From: Nitrososphaera sp.
Lineage (GTDB): Archaea; Thermoproteota; Nitrososphaeria; Nitrososphaerales; Nitrososphaeraceae
Direction: 5' to 3'
DNA: 64,000 bases
NCBI GenBank assembly: GCA_023250885.1
Contig: JAHEZV010000002.1
Location: 671-64,670 of the forward strand
Position numbers and translations under genes: made by a program. Shown here piece by piece: positions 40,103 to 49,361 of the stretch (its first letter is position 1; each line of letters opens with the position of its first letter). The notes under the pieces are model-generated. The model searched no databases. It was not told the DNA's origin and worked only from the letters and a program-made list of their open reading frames with translations.

Positions 40103-41166
40103 CACAGCGACCCTTCTACGCACTGGAGGAACTTGTCGTTCATTTCCCGCGTGCCTATAGTCACTCTCATGCAGCCTCTGTGGCTGGCGACGTTGCCAAG
40201 CTCCTTGACCACGATGCCGCTGTTCCTGAGCGCCTTTGAAATCGGCTGGAAGTTCTTGCCGGCTTCAATGAAAATGAAATTCGCATCAGACAGAAAGGGC
40301 TTGATGCCGTCTGCCTCGGCAAGCCTGGCAAACACCCTGCCTCTCTCGCTCCTTACCGTTTTTATCGTCTGCCTGATGTGATCTGCGCGCGCAAGAAGGC
40401 CTGACGCGATGGCAAGCGAAAGTGTGCTTATTGGGTAGGGCGACTGGATCGTCGACCTAAACATGCGAACGAATTTTTCACTGGACACCATGTAGCCAAC
40501 CCTTGCGCCGGCAAGCCCGAACGCCTTTGAGAGCGTGCGGAGCACAACCAGATTGTCGCGCTTTGTCGCGTCGGCCGAAAGCGAGTAGTCAGCGAAATCG
40601 ACGTATGCCTCGTCGACCAAGATCAGCCTGCCCTCAAGCGAATCGATAATGTCAATCGCTTCCTGCCTGCCAATCTGGTTGCCTGTCGGGTTATTTGGCG
40701 AGCATATGTAGACGAGGTCCGATTTTCCTGCGCTCTTTACAAACGCCTTTCTGTCAAGCGTAAAGTCGCGCTTGAGCGGCACCTGGTCCACCTTGATGCC
40801 GTGGAGCTCGCACCTGTTTATAAAATACGAGAACGTGGGCGAAAACACCGTCGCGCGCCTACTGCGTAGCGTCGATAGCAAAAGCTCGATTATCTGGTCA
40901 GACCCGCTGCCTGCTGCCAGGCACTTGTCCCTGACGCCGGCGTACTCTGCAAGCCGGGAGTAGAGCTCGTCCAGCTGGTCAAGCGGGTATTCTCTCAGGT
41001 CCACCTGCCGCGCCACTTCGGCCGCGACGCCTGCTACAAAATCCCTGTCAAGGGCGAAATTTTCATTCGAGTCTAGCTTGATCGCGCCCTCTATTTTTTC
41101 CGGCTTGGTGTAGTGGCCAAGCCTGGCAATCATCTTGATGCTGTCGTCAAGCCGGCTACTCTTCAT
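40102..41166 (-). CDS. hisC: Histidinol-phosphate aminotransferase
   Basis: LDSNENF, SPNNPTG, and LRTLSKAFGLAG (PLP lysine). Confidence 0.9.
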   Translation of the reverse strand: MKSSRLDDSIKMIARLGHYTKPEKIEGAIKLDSNENFALDRDFVAGVAAEVARQVDLREYPLDQLDELYSRLAEYAGVRDKCLAAGSGSDQIIELLLSTLRSRRATVFSPTFSYFINRCELHGIKVDQVPLKRDFTLDRKAFVKSAGKSDLVYICSPNNPTGNQIGRQEAIDIIDSLEGRLILVDEAYVDFADYSLSADATKRDNLVVLRTLSKAFGLAGARVGYMVSSEKFVRMFRSTIQSPYPISTLSLAIASGLLARADHIRQTIKTVRSERGRVFARLAEADGIKPFLSDANFIFIEAGKNFQPISKALRNSGIVVKELGNVASHRGCMRVTIGTREMNDKFLQCVEGSL

Positions 41167-42439
41167 CTGTCCTCGCCCTCACTGCCTCGTAGTGGTTCAT
41201 GAGCCCTTCTGCCGCCGCCATTTCCCTGACTGATCTGTCCACTTTTGCCAGGCCCGCTTTTGTTACTTTGACCTTGTTCACCAACTTCACAAAGTCGAGC
41301 GCCGACAATGACGCACGCGATTTGCCAAACCCAAGGGTCGGGAGCACGTGGTTCGAGCCAAGGGAGTAGTCGCTTGCGGACGACGGGGCGTACTGCCCTA
41401 TCAGCACGAGCCCGGCGGAATCTATCTTCTTTGCAACTGAATCCGCGTTCTTGCACATTATCTCTAGGTGCTCCGGCGCAAACTCATTCACGAACTCTAT
41501 GCACGCGCTTTCATTCTTGCAAACAGCGACAAAGCCGTTATTCTGCAGGCTGGATTTCACAATGTCTGACCGCGTGATCTTTTCAGCTATCGATTGCACC
41601 TGCGCCTGCACCTGCGACGCCAGCTTGTCTGACATCGTCACCAGGCCGCAAATTGTGTCAGTGCTGTGCTCTGCCTGGGAGACGAGGTCGGCTGCGACCA
41701 ACCGCGGGTCAGCGATTGCGTCGGCATATACCAGCAGCTCTGTTGGGCCGGCCACCATGTCTATAGAGACGCTGCTAGAAGCGATCAGTTTGGCAGCAGT
41801 TACAAACATGCCGCCGGGGCCAACTATCTTGCTCACAGGCCTGATTGATTCCGTGCCGTAGGCAAGCGCAGCTATTCCTTGCGCGCCGCCCGCCTTGTAG
41901 AATTCATCGACTCCGCAAATGTCTGCCGCGACTAATGTCAATGGATCAATCGCGCCGTCCTTCCTCGGAGGCGATATAGCGACAATCCTTTTTACGCCGG
42001 CGGCCTTGGCCGGCACAGCACACATGACAACAGTGCTTGGGTAGCGCGCCTTGCCGCCGGGGATGTAGCACCCGACGCTAGCAACCGGCTTTATTATTCG
42101 ATCTATCTTTACCCCGTCAGACAATACCGCGATCCCTTTCAGCCTCTTGAGCACTGCCAGCTCGCTCTTGACAAGCCTCTCCTTCATCAGCTTGACCGCC
42201 TTGACCTGCTCTTTTGTGACCTGGCTGTAGGCTTGCTTTAATTCCTGCCCGCTCACCTTTAGCGAGTCAATTCTGACGCCGTCAAATTTTGCAGTGTAAT
42301 CAATAACAGCATAATCGCCGCGCTCTGCCACGCTTTTCATTATTGCTCTCGCGTCTTCTAGGAGCGAGTCCGGGATTGCGGTTGCCCTGCGGAGCCGCGC
42401 GGCTTCAGCGGCCGGCTCTGTGACATCTATTATCTTCAT
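41156..42439 (-). CDS. hisD: Histidinol dehydrogenase
   Basis: YIPGGKARYPS, DMVAGPTE, SQAEHS and APEHLE motifs. Confidence 0.95.
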   Translation of the reverse strand: MKIIDVTEPAAEAARLRRATAIPDSLLEDARAIMKSVAERGDYAVIDYTAKFDGVRIDSLKVSGQELKQAYSQVTKEQVKAVKLMKERLVKSELAVLKRLKGIAVLSDGVKIDRIIKPVASVGCYIPGGKARYPSTVVMCAVPAKAAGVKRIVAISPPRKDGAIDPLTLVAADICGVDEFYKAGGAQGIAALAYGTESIRPVSKIVGPGGMFVTAAKLIASSSVSIDMVAGPTELLVYADAIADPRLVAADLVSQAEHSTDTICGLVTMSDKLASQVQAQVQSIAEKITRSDIVKSSLQNNGFVAVCKNESACIEFVNEFAPEHLEIMCKNADSVAKKIDSAGLVLIGQYAPSSASDYSLGSNHVLPTLGFGKSRASLSALDFVKLVNKVKVTKAGLAKVDRSVREMAAAEGLMNHYEAVRARTDEE

Positions 42440-43416
42440 CAGGAATATCCGTCCAAGTTTATCTCGTCAAGAGGCAGTATCTGCTTCGGCTCCAGTACCA
42501 CCAGGCCCTGCGCCAGCTTCCTCATCTTGGGCACCATCCTGATAAACTCGTTCTTGTCGATTACCGTGTTGACGCCAAACCACCCCTCTTCTGAAAGGGG
42601 GCTTACAGTCGGCCTCTTGAGGGCCGGCAGCTCCTTCAGCAATTTTGGAAGGTTCTCCTTCTTTACATTTACAAAAATGTGTAGCTTTTTCCGGCCTTCG
42701 ACCACCCCTCTCAAGAGTGCTATCATGTCGGCTATTTTTTCCCTCTTAGCCGGGTCCTTGAGGGATTTCTTATTTGCCACCAACACCGCGGTCGATTCGC
42801 CCACGGTGTCGATTATCTTGAGGTTGTTCTGCGCAAGCGTCGTGCCTGTCTCGGTGATGTCGAAAATCGCATCAACGTCCTCCGGCGGCTTGGCCTCTGT
42901 CGCGCCAAACGATAGGAATATCTCGACTTTCTTGTTCGCGCCCACCCTCATCCATGGAGTTATTATCATGGGATCGGCATTGCCGTACGCCTTCTTGTAG
43001 GCGGCGCTTGACTTGAAGTACATTGAGGTCGTGGTGAGGTATTCAGACGACACCCTCAGGGTCCTTCCGGTCTTTGCAAAGTCGGCTATCATTTCGTCCA
43101 GATTCTTGTACGGGAAACTTGACGGGACTGCGATCACCTGCTTGACGCGCCCGATCTCGAGGTCAAGCAAAATCTCGACATCGGCTTTTGCCTCGAGTAT
43201 CCAGTCCCTGCCGGTGATACCCACGTCGTAGAAACCTTCCTGCACGTAGGTTGGGATTTCCTGCGGCCTCAATACCTTGACGTCGATCTCTGGGTCGCCC
43301 AACTTGACTCTATAGGTACGCCCCCGCCCGCTCACGTGCTGCCACGCCTGCTCCAGCAGGTTGAACGTGCCTTCCTCAATGCTTCCCTTTGGGACTGCAA
43401 ATTTCACAGTGGGCAT
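42439..43416 (-). CDS. hisG: ATP phosphoribosyltransferase (long form)
   Basis: KFAVPKGS, GITGRDW, DITETGTTL, and a C-terminal regulatory-type domain. TGATG junction with hisD. Confidence 0.9.
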   Translation of the reverse strand: MPTVKFAVPKGSIEEGTFNLLEQAWQHVSGRGRTYRVKLGDPEIDVKVLRPQEIPTYVQEGFYDVGITGRDWILEAKADVEILLDLEIGRVKQVIAVPSSFPYKNLDEMIADFAKTGRTLRVSSEYLTTTSMYFKSSAAYKKAYGNADPMIITPWMRVGANKKVEIFLSFGATEAKPPEDVDAIFDITETGTTLAQNNLKIIDTVGESTAVLVANKKSLKDPAKREKIADMIALLRGVVEGRKKLHIFVNVKKENLPKLLKELPALKRPTVSPLSEEGWFGVNTVIDKNEFIRMVPKMRKLAQGLVVLEPKQILPLDEINLDGYS

Positions 43417-43453
43417 TGGTAACTATCAGCAAGGCGTTTCACAGGATATATAT

Positions 43454-44584
43454 CTACTTGCTGAATTTCCTGATGTGCAGCCTCATGTGACCGGCCTGAA
43501 TGCCCTCTGCAGTCAGCGCCCTCATCGCTGCCAAGTTCTGCGCGAGACCGGCTGCCGCCATCGCCATCGCCAGCTCTTTTGCGCTCTTTGCACCTAATAT
43601 CTGGAGCGCAAGATTTGCAGTAGGGTGGGCGCTGACTACGCCTCCAACAATGCCGACTGCCAGCGGCAGCTCGATTTCGCCTGCGAGGTCACCTTCACTT
43701 GTCCTGCGCCATTTTGTCAATGACCTGTAGGTGCCATCCCTTGCGGCGTAGGCATGTGCCCCGGCTTCAATTGCCCTGAAATCCTGCCCTGTGGCAAGCG
43801 CAACAGCGTCGATCCCGTTCATGACGCCCTTGTTGTGCGTCACTGCGCGGTAAACATCAGAATGCGCAAGAGCATAGGCGTATAATATCCTCTTCACGAT
43901 TTCGCTTCCGCCAAGCTGCTCTTTATCAAAAACTGCCTTGCACTTGACCATCCTCTTCGTTGCGTAATTCGACAATATTTTCAGCACGACCTCACCCCTA
44001 GTAATTTCCGCGACGTGCGGCGCTATCGCCTCGCACATTGTGTTTATCGCGTTTGCGCCCATCGCGTCTTTTGTGTCAATGACAACTTCCACGATCAGCA
44101 TGTTGCCCATCTTGTTTGGGCTAGTGTCGCGCAGCTGCCGGACCCGCAGGCCGACCGCGGCTACGGACCTGCTCTTTGAATTGGCAGTCGCGAGCAGTCG
44201 TTTTTTGTTCTTCAATATCTTTTGCGTCGCAGCCCTGCCGGCGCCGACAACCTGCACCTGCCCCGTCATGAGAGATTCGTCAGCCTCGGCGGCAAAGCCG
44301 CCCTTTACTTTCGCAATCTTGGCAGCCTTGCTAGCTGCCGCAATTACCGACGGCTCCTCGATAGCCATTGGGATCATACATTCCCTCCCATTTATGACAA
44401 AATTCGTCGCGATCCCCATCGGCACGGACATGACACCGATTGCGTTCTCTACCATTCTGTTCGCGTCTTCGAAAGCAAGCGGTCTAAGCATAACCTCAAT
44501 GTCCGATAATCCAGTGGCTTTTTTCAAGTAGTCTATGCGCTCGTCCCTGCTCATTTCATAGAACTTTTTGCTCAAAGCCGCCAC
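43454..44584 (-). CDS. hmgA: HMG-CoA reductase
   Basis: ENAIGVMSVPMG, EEPSVIAA, DAMGANAIN and THNKGVMNG motifs. GTG start (alternative ATG at MSRDER). Confidence 0.9.
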   Translation of the reverse strand: MAALSKKFYEMSRDERIDYLKKATGLSDIEVMLRPLAFEDANRMVENAIGVMSVPMGIATNFVINGRECMIPMAIEEPSVIAAASKAAKIAKVKGGFAAEADESLMTGQVQVVGAGRAATQKILKNKKRLLATANSKSRSVAAVGLRVRQLRDTSPNKMGNMLIVEVVIDTKDAMGANAINTMCEAIAPHVAEITRGEVVLKILSNYATKRMVKCKAVFDKEQLGGSEIVKRILYAYALAHSDVYRAVTHNKGVMNGIDAVALATGQDFRAIEAGAHAYAARDGTYRSLTKWRRTSEGDLAGEIELPLAVGIVGGVVSAHPTANLALQILGAKSAKELAMAMAAAGLAQNLAAMRALTAEGIQAGHMRLHIRKFSK

Positions 44585-44588
44585 GCTG

Positions 44589-45698
44589 CTATGGTTGGGT
44601 GATCCTTAAAATCTTGTCATCGCCCTGCTCTGGTATCGCCCTGCCGTCCCTGTTGCTCGTGGTGACGTAGAGTGTGCCGTCGGGCGCTTCAACCACGTCG
44701 CGAATCCTGCCATAGCCGGTAAGGATGTTTCTTTCAGAATCAGAAGGAAGCTCTATCAGCCGCAACTGCTTGCCCTTCAGGGCCGCCAAAAGAATGTCGT
44801 TCTTGTAGCCCAACCTGTCTGAACCTGGAATCGCAATCCCAGCCGGCGCTATCGCCGGGTTAAAGCAGACAACCGGCTTTTCAAATCGCTTGGCGTTGCA
44901 GTCCTCGACGGGCCAGCCGTAGTTAACGCCGGGCTTGATTATGTTTATCTCGTCGTTGCCCTCTGCCCCGTGCTCGCTTGCATACAGCTCGCCAGTAGTC
45001 GGGTTCCATGCCAGCCCCTGTATGTTGCGGTGCCCGTACGAATACACCGGCGAGCCTTCAAACGGGCTGTCTTCCGGAATCGTGCCATCCGGGTTTAGCC
45101 GCAGGATCTTGCCCGCAAGCGAGCCGGCATTCTGCGCAAGCTCGGGCTGCCGCGCGTCGCCCGTCGCGATGTACAGCTTGCCGTCGGGTCCGAACTTTAT
45201 CCTGCCGCCGTCATTTCCGGCGGCCGCCGGGATCCCGTCGATTATGACTCTAGACTCGATGATCTTGTTGTCCTTTTCTGTGAGCATCAGCACCTTGTTG
45301 AAAACAGAAGTGCCGTTGGAATACGTGTGGTAGATGTAAAGCAGGTGATTCTCTGTAAAGTTGGGGTGCAGCGCCAGCCCGAGGAGCCCCGACTCGCCGT
45401 TCTGCTCCACGTTGATATACGCTGCAGGCTCTTTGAGCAGCGTCCCATTTTCGACCACCCTTATCCTGCCCGCCCTTTCGGTGAAAAAGATCCTGCCGTC
45501 TTCGGCAACGTCGATTGCCCAAGGCACCTCTAGGTTATCTGCAAGCACTTGGATGCCCGAGTTGGTGTTGTTGCCGTTGTTGTGCCTGGGCTCTGGTATT
45601 GGGAGCGTGGTCTGCGATGGCGCGAAAAAGAAAGTCGCCACCGATGCTATGACTACCGCGGCTATTGCCGCCACGACCAGCCGCCGCTCCTTCTCCAT
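44589..45698 (-). CDS. PQQ-dependent sugar (glucose/sorbosone) dehydrogenase-like beta-propeller, N-terminally anchored
   Basis: N-terminal TM. Motifs LLGLALHPNF, GGRIKFGPDGKLY, YSYGHRN(I)QG and GPDGTLYV. Confidence 0.8.
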   Translation of the reverse strand: MEKERRLVVAAIAAVVIASVATFFFAPSQTTLPIPEPRHNNGNNTNSGIQVLADNLEVPWAIDVAEDGRIFFTERAGRIRVVENGTLLKEPAAYINVEQNGESGLLGLALHPNFTENHLLYIYHTYSNGTSVFNKVLMLTEKDNKIIESRVIIDGIPAAAGNDGGRIKFGPDGKLYIATGDARQPELAQNAGSLAGKILRLNPDGTIPEDSPFEGSPVYSYGHRNIQGLAWNPTTGELYASEHGAEGNDEINIIKPGVNYGWPVEDCNAKRFEKPVVCFNPAIAPAGIAIPGSDRLGYKNDILLAALKGKQLRLIELPSDSERNILTGYGRIRDVVEAPDGTLYVTTSNRDGRAIPEQGDDKILRITQP

Positions 45699-45788
45699 GC
45701 ATAGCCTGAATCGAGGAGCGCATTATAACCTATTGCTGTCAGCGAATGCAACGTTTAAAATAGCAATACCGAGATGCTGTACTAGGGC

Positions 45789-46886
45789 ATGAAAGTATCG
45801 GAAATAATGGTGGCAGACGTTTTCAAGCTAAGTTCTGAAGACACGGTTGCAAGGGCGCTCAACATGATGGCCGACAGGTCGATCAACCAGATACCGGTGG
45901 TCGACGATAACGGCAAGTACCTTGGCATGATATTCGCAAAGCATCTCCTCAATTCGAGTGCGCAGTCGTCCTCGAAGGTGAAGGGCTACATCGTCAACAC
46001 GTCAATATTGGGCCCAGATCAGGATGTCGAAAAGGCGGCCCAGCTCGTCATAGGGAGCGGAAACCGTGCTCTGCCTGTTGTGGAAAATGGCAGGCTCGCC
46101 GGCATCGTGAGCGAGACCGATCTTGTGTCCACTGCAGACTTTGGGCATGCCATCGTCGACGAAGTCATGTCCGGCGCCATAGTGATTGAAGAAGACACGT
46201 CGCTTGCCGACGCAGTCTCGAAAATGAGGAGGTACAACATCTCCCGATTGCCGGTGATAAGCGCAAAAGGGGTGTTGCGCGGGGTGCTCCGCATCATCGA
46301 CGTGGGCAGGATAATCTCCACCCCCAGAGAGCGCACGAGCAAGTCCGCTGCAATATCGGGCGCTACTGCAGCCATCAAGGACGTCAAGGTAAAGGAGGTT
46401 ATGAGGAGGACCGTCTCGGTGGAGCGGGGCACAAAGCTCAACACTCTTACGGACCACTTCAAGCGGAACGAAGAGGTGGTTATAGTCGGCGACAGCAGGC
46501 CAATGGGCATCGTCACGCCCAAGGACGCGCTCGAGCTTGTATTGCCAAAAAAGAGCAGCGAACCCATCATACATATGGCGCATCTTGAAGACGGGCAGGA
46601 ACGCGTGGAAATCCAGGAGCAGCTGCAGCGCTTTTTGAAAAAGATCCAAGGCAAGCTGGGCGACGTGAGGTCGGTAGTCGTCTACGCAGACAAGCACAAG
46701 ACGAGAAAGTACTCGCTCCGGACACGGCTTATCACGTCAAGGGGAGTGATAGACGCCAAGGCGGTGGGCTACGACCCGATCAGCGCGTCAAAGAAGCTCA
46801 TCGCCCGGCTTGACCGGCGGATAAAGTCGGAGCACAACCAGCGGGTAAAGTACAAGCAGCACCGCGAGACTGCAAGAAGAATGTAG
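45789..46886 (+). CDS. Four-CBS-domain protein fused to a C-terminal HPF/RaiA (ribosomal S30AE)-like domain
   Basis: Four CBS repeats, then VEIQEQLQRFLKKIQGKLGDVRSVVVYADKH...YSLRTRLITSRGVIDAKAVGYDPISASKKLIARLDRRIKSEH. This matches the beta-alpha-beta-beta-beta-alpha text pattern of hibernation factors. Confidence 0.75.
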   Translation: MKVSEIMVADVFKLSSEDTVARALNMMADRSINQIPVVDDNGKYLGMIFAKHLLNSSAQSSSKVKGYIVNTSILGPDQDVEKAAQLVIGSGNRALPVVENGRLAGIVSETDLVSTADFGHAIVDEVMSGAIVIEEDTSLADAVSKMRRYNISRLPVISAKGVLRGVLRIIDVGRIISTPRERTSKSAAISGATAAIKDVKVKEVMRRTVSVERGTKLNTLTDHFKRNEEVVIVGDSRPMGIVTPKDALELVLPKKSSEPIIHMAHLEDGQERVEIQEQLQRFLKKIQGKLGDVRSVVVYADKHKTRKYSLRTRLITSRGVIDAKAVGYDPISASKKLIARLDRRIKSEHNQRVKYKQHRETARRM

Positions 46887-47002
46887 TGGCGCGGATGAGG
46901 AGATTCGAACTCCTGATCGCCCGAGGGCGAATCGACTCTCAAGGCCGACGCATTACTGTGTCCCGCTTTTGCAGAAGGAGGAGACCACTCTGCCACATCC
47001 GC
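46887..47002 (-). tRNA. tRNA-Ser (anticodon UGA) with encoded CCA and a ~27-nt insertion in the D-loop
   Basis: Hand-folded structure:
- acceptor stem GCGGATG / CATCCGC, followed by discriminator G and CCA
- anticodon arm TCGGC-CTTGAGA-GTCGA
- long variable arm TCGCC-CTCG-GGCGA
- T arm AGGAG-TTCGAAT-CTCCT
- D region GCA-GAGTGGTCT[27 nt]AA-TGC

The total is 116 nt against about 89 nt for the mature tRNA. Confidence 0.75.
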
Positions 47003-47028
47003 GCTGCCACTTTGTTTCGAGTTCCTAC

Positions 47029-47035
47029 TATTATA
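47029..47035 (-). promoter_or_regulatory. TATA-box-like element for tRNA-Ser
   Basis: Minus-strand tataata with 26 nt between the box and the tRNA 5' end at 47002. Confidence 0.35.
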
Positions 47036-47084
47036 CGTTAACAGATGCGGTCATTTTTTATACTCGAAACGCGAAATAAGCCGC

Positions 47085-47354
47085 ATGAAAGGCATACAGA
47101 AACTAAAGTCGATTTCTGTGCTTGTGCCGCTTGAGAGGGTGCAGGCCAGCCTTTCTGAAATCGGGTTTTTGCTTGACGACACCGTCACGATCGTTGCTGA
47201 CGGCAAGTTCTGGAGCAAGATGCTCTACGTCAGCGGCGATGAAACGATAAGCGTTTCTGAAGAGATTGGCGACGCTTACCCAAAGGACCCGATAATCACG
47301 ATCTGCGGCTCCAAAATGACGATTTCCAAAATACTCAAGGACATAGGTGGTTAA
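47085..47354 (+). CDS. Hypothetical protein
   Basis: 89-aa ORF with an ATG start that overlaps the next ORF by 8 nt. No motif recognised. Confidence 0.5.
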   Translation: MKGIQKLKSISVLVPLERVQASLSEIGFLLDDTVTIVADGKFWSKMLYVSGDETISVSEEIGDAYPKDPIITICGSKMTISKILKDIGG

Positions 47355-47910
47355 GATGCCGCTATACGAGTGCAATGAGCACCAGTTTGTTGAAAATATT
47401 CGGAGATTGCTAGAGTCGAAGGAAAAGTTCCTTGTCAACCGCAAGATAACGCTTCATGACGACGCAAGGTACGGCCCGGCCACAATGCCGGATCCGGAAT
47501 TCAAGCGCTACGAAACCATATGCGCGAGAAAGTCTGTCAATTCCACGGTCTATTCAAAAGTACCTTTTGTCGATAGCTTCCACGGAGGCAGGATGTACGA
47601 CGAGGGCGACAGCCTGCACCCTGCAAGCGCGCTATTGTTTCCGAGGATGTCTGTGCCGTACTACAGGGTGGAATATTCAGTGAACGTGTGGGGTGGAACC
47701 TACTTTTTCGCATTCGACGCGCTGTTCAACCCGGAAATAGTGATTGAAAAGCGGGCAGGTGCGAAGCTTGGCAGGTCAGGCGCGCTGGTCCACGTATTGC
47801 GATACATCCCACCGGAAGAGCGCGTGCTTGCCATAAACCTGCCAAAAGAAGTGATGGTATTTGACGTCAAGCACATGGTAAGGGTAATCGACCACCCTTC
47901 AAACTTTTAG
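47347..47910 (+). CDS. Hypothetical protein
   Basis: 187-aa ORF with complex composition. No motif recognised. Confidence 0.55.
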   Translation: MVKMPLYECNEHQFVENIRRLLESKEKFLVNRKITLHDDARYGPATMPDPEFKRYETICARKSVNSTVYSKVPFVDSFHGGRMYDEGDSLHPASALLFPRMSVPYYRVEYSVNVWGGTYFFAFDALFNPEIVIEKRAGAKLGRSGALVHVLRYIPPEERVLAINLPKEVMVFDVKHMVRVIDHPSNF

Positions 47911-48477
47911 CATCCACTCAAAAAACGGATCGAGCGAGCTTTTAGACGGCAGCGACTGCCTGTCCTTGACGTTAAAGCCGAGCAAAAGCATCCTACCTTC
48001 AAGCGTGCCTTTTAGACTTGATGTCACCTGCTCGCTATTGAAAGGCTGGAAGAGCTCGAAAAAGAACCCCTGCCTGTGGTAGGCGATATGCTGCACAAAG
48101 CATTCAGACAGTATCGTCGGGTCGCCAGCAACCCGCTTATCCAAGTCCGCCTGAGCGCCGCTCTCAACCACTATTTGCAGTGACCTCTTTGTGTAGTTTT
48201 CCCGCGTGAATCTGGAGTCCATCCTTTGGGGCGTGCTGGTGTAGAGCCGGATGTCCTTTGCCACCTGCTCGACTGTCCTCTTGGCAATGTCTGTGACAGC
48301 CTTTACTTCAGCTTCGCCAGCAACTCCATGGTCCTTGCCAAACAGGTAGAATGCAGCCAGTACTTCGTCCTTTTTTATGAATGGGAAATCCACCGTGGCC
48401 GCCATGAACTGCTTTATGCGAAATGAAATGTCCGGCGGCATGAATATGCCCATGTACGAGTCAGAGACAACCGGCAA
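47899..48477 (-). CDS. Hypothetical protein
   Basis: 192-aa ORF, convergent with 47347..47910 (12-nt overlap). No motif recognised. Confidence 0.55.
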   Translation of the reverse strand: MPVVSDSYMGIFMPPDISFRIKQFMAATVDFPFIKKDEVLAAFYLFGKDHGVAGEAEVKAVTDIAKRTVEQVAKDIRLYTSTPQRMDSRFTRENYTKRSLQIVVESGAQADLDKRVAGDPTILSECFVQHIAYHRQGFFFELFQPFNSEQVTSSLKGTLEGRMLLLGFNVKDRQSLPSKSSLDPFFEWMLKV

Positions 48478-48532
48478 CTACTATCCAGTAATGAACGAGA
48501 AATATAAAAGAAGAGAAAAGAGGGAAAAGGAG

Positions 48533-49069
48533 CTAGTGCGCGTGAGGCGGTGGTGCGCTTCCTTTTGCGAGAGCCTCGTTGTACGTTCCCGAAGCTTTTT
48601 CGTGGAACTCGAGGTTTGACTGGTCCACCTTGACGGCTTGCGGCGGGCACACTGAGACGCAAGCCATGCACCATATGCAGTCGTGCTCCCTTACCGCGTC
48701 TGCCTTGTCGGTGTAATCCTTTCGTTCTTCCTTGACAGAGCTGCCGGTTCCAGCAAAGGTCTGGTTTATGACTTCCTTTGCAGGAATATCGTGCTCGGTC
48801 CTGTACCACTGGAATACCTGCACCGGACAGGCTTCTATGCATGCACCGTCGGCAACGCATGAGTCCCAGTCTACGGCGACCATAGTCCCACTTACACCAA
48901 TCGGAACTATTTCTTCACCTCTATGCTCATAAGCTGCCTTGACCTCTTCGTTTTCAGCGGCTTCCTTGAGCTGCCCTGGCCCCCAGAAGTAGTGGTAGTG
49001 CTCGCCGTCTGCGTGCTTGATCTTGCCTATCGCCTGATGATTCCTTGGAAAGTCTGGATCTATTGGCAT
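48533..49069 (-). CDS. Ferredoxin of the 7Fe ([3Fe-4S][4Fe-4S]) type with a long His-rich N-terminal extension
   Basis: CVADGACIEACP (the Cx5Cx3CP spacing seen in 3Fe clusters) and CIWCMACVSVCP (CxxCxxCxxxCP). The N-terminus contains HADGEHYHYF. Confidence 0.8.
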   Translation of the reverse strand: MPIDPDFPRNHQAIGKIKHADGEHYHYFWGPGQLKEAAENEEVKAAYEHRGEEIVPIGVSGTMVAVDWDSCVADGACIEACPVQVFQWYRTEHDIPAKEVINQTFAGTGSSVKEERKDYTDKADAVREHDCIWCMACVSVCPPQAVKVDQSNLEFHEKASGTYNEALAKGSAPPPHAH

Positions 49070-49361
49070 TATTTCTCAAAATTAATCAAGTCACATATTA
49101 TATAAACTCTTTTTTCTTGGGTTCCGTCAAATCACGAGACTAGAGCTTGTCCAACCAGGACAATGCCAGGAGAGGCAGGGCTGATGCAGCATTTAATAAT
49201 AATGCGTTCCCAGCAAGTTTTACTGGGCATGGAACCTTCACTATTTCTGGCGGTTTTCCCGTACGCTTTCCTAGCCAGCTTTCCCGTTTTTGGGATTATT
49301 CTTGTCACCAAATGGGAGCTTGACAACCGGCGGAAAGGCAGGGGCAAGTAGCCGCCAGCGC

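Noticed and set aside
46887-47004. A 9-bp acceptor helix (GCGCGGATG/CATCCGCGC) suggested a tRNA-Sec-like 9/4 fold.
   Set aside because: The anticodon is UGA (Ser), not UCA. The T stem is a normal 5 bp. A 7-bp acceptor plus discriminator G plus CCA fits exactly, and the extra GC pair is just flanking sequence.
49163-49351. 62-aa ORF (or a 40-aa version from ATG 49229) encoding a hydrophobic peptide with a basic tail, between the ferredoxin gene and arsA.
   Set aside because: It is supported only by hydrophobicity. It lies in a promoter-like AT-rich spacer, so there is not enough evidence to call it.
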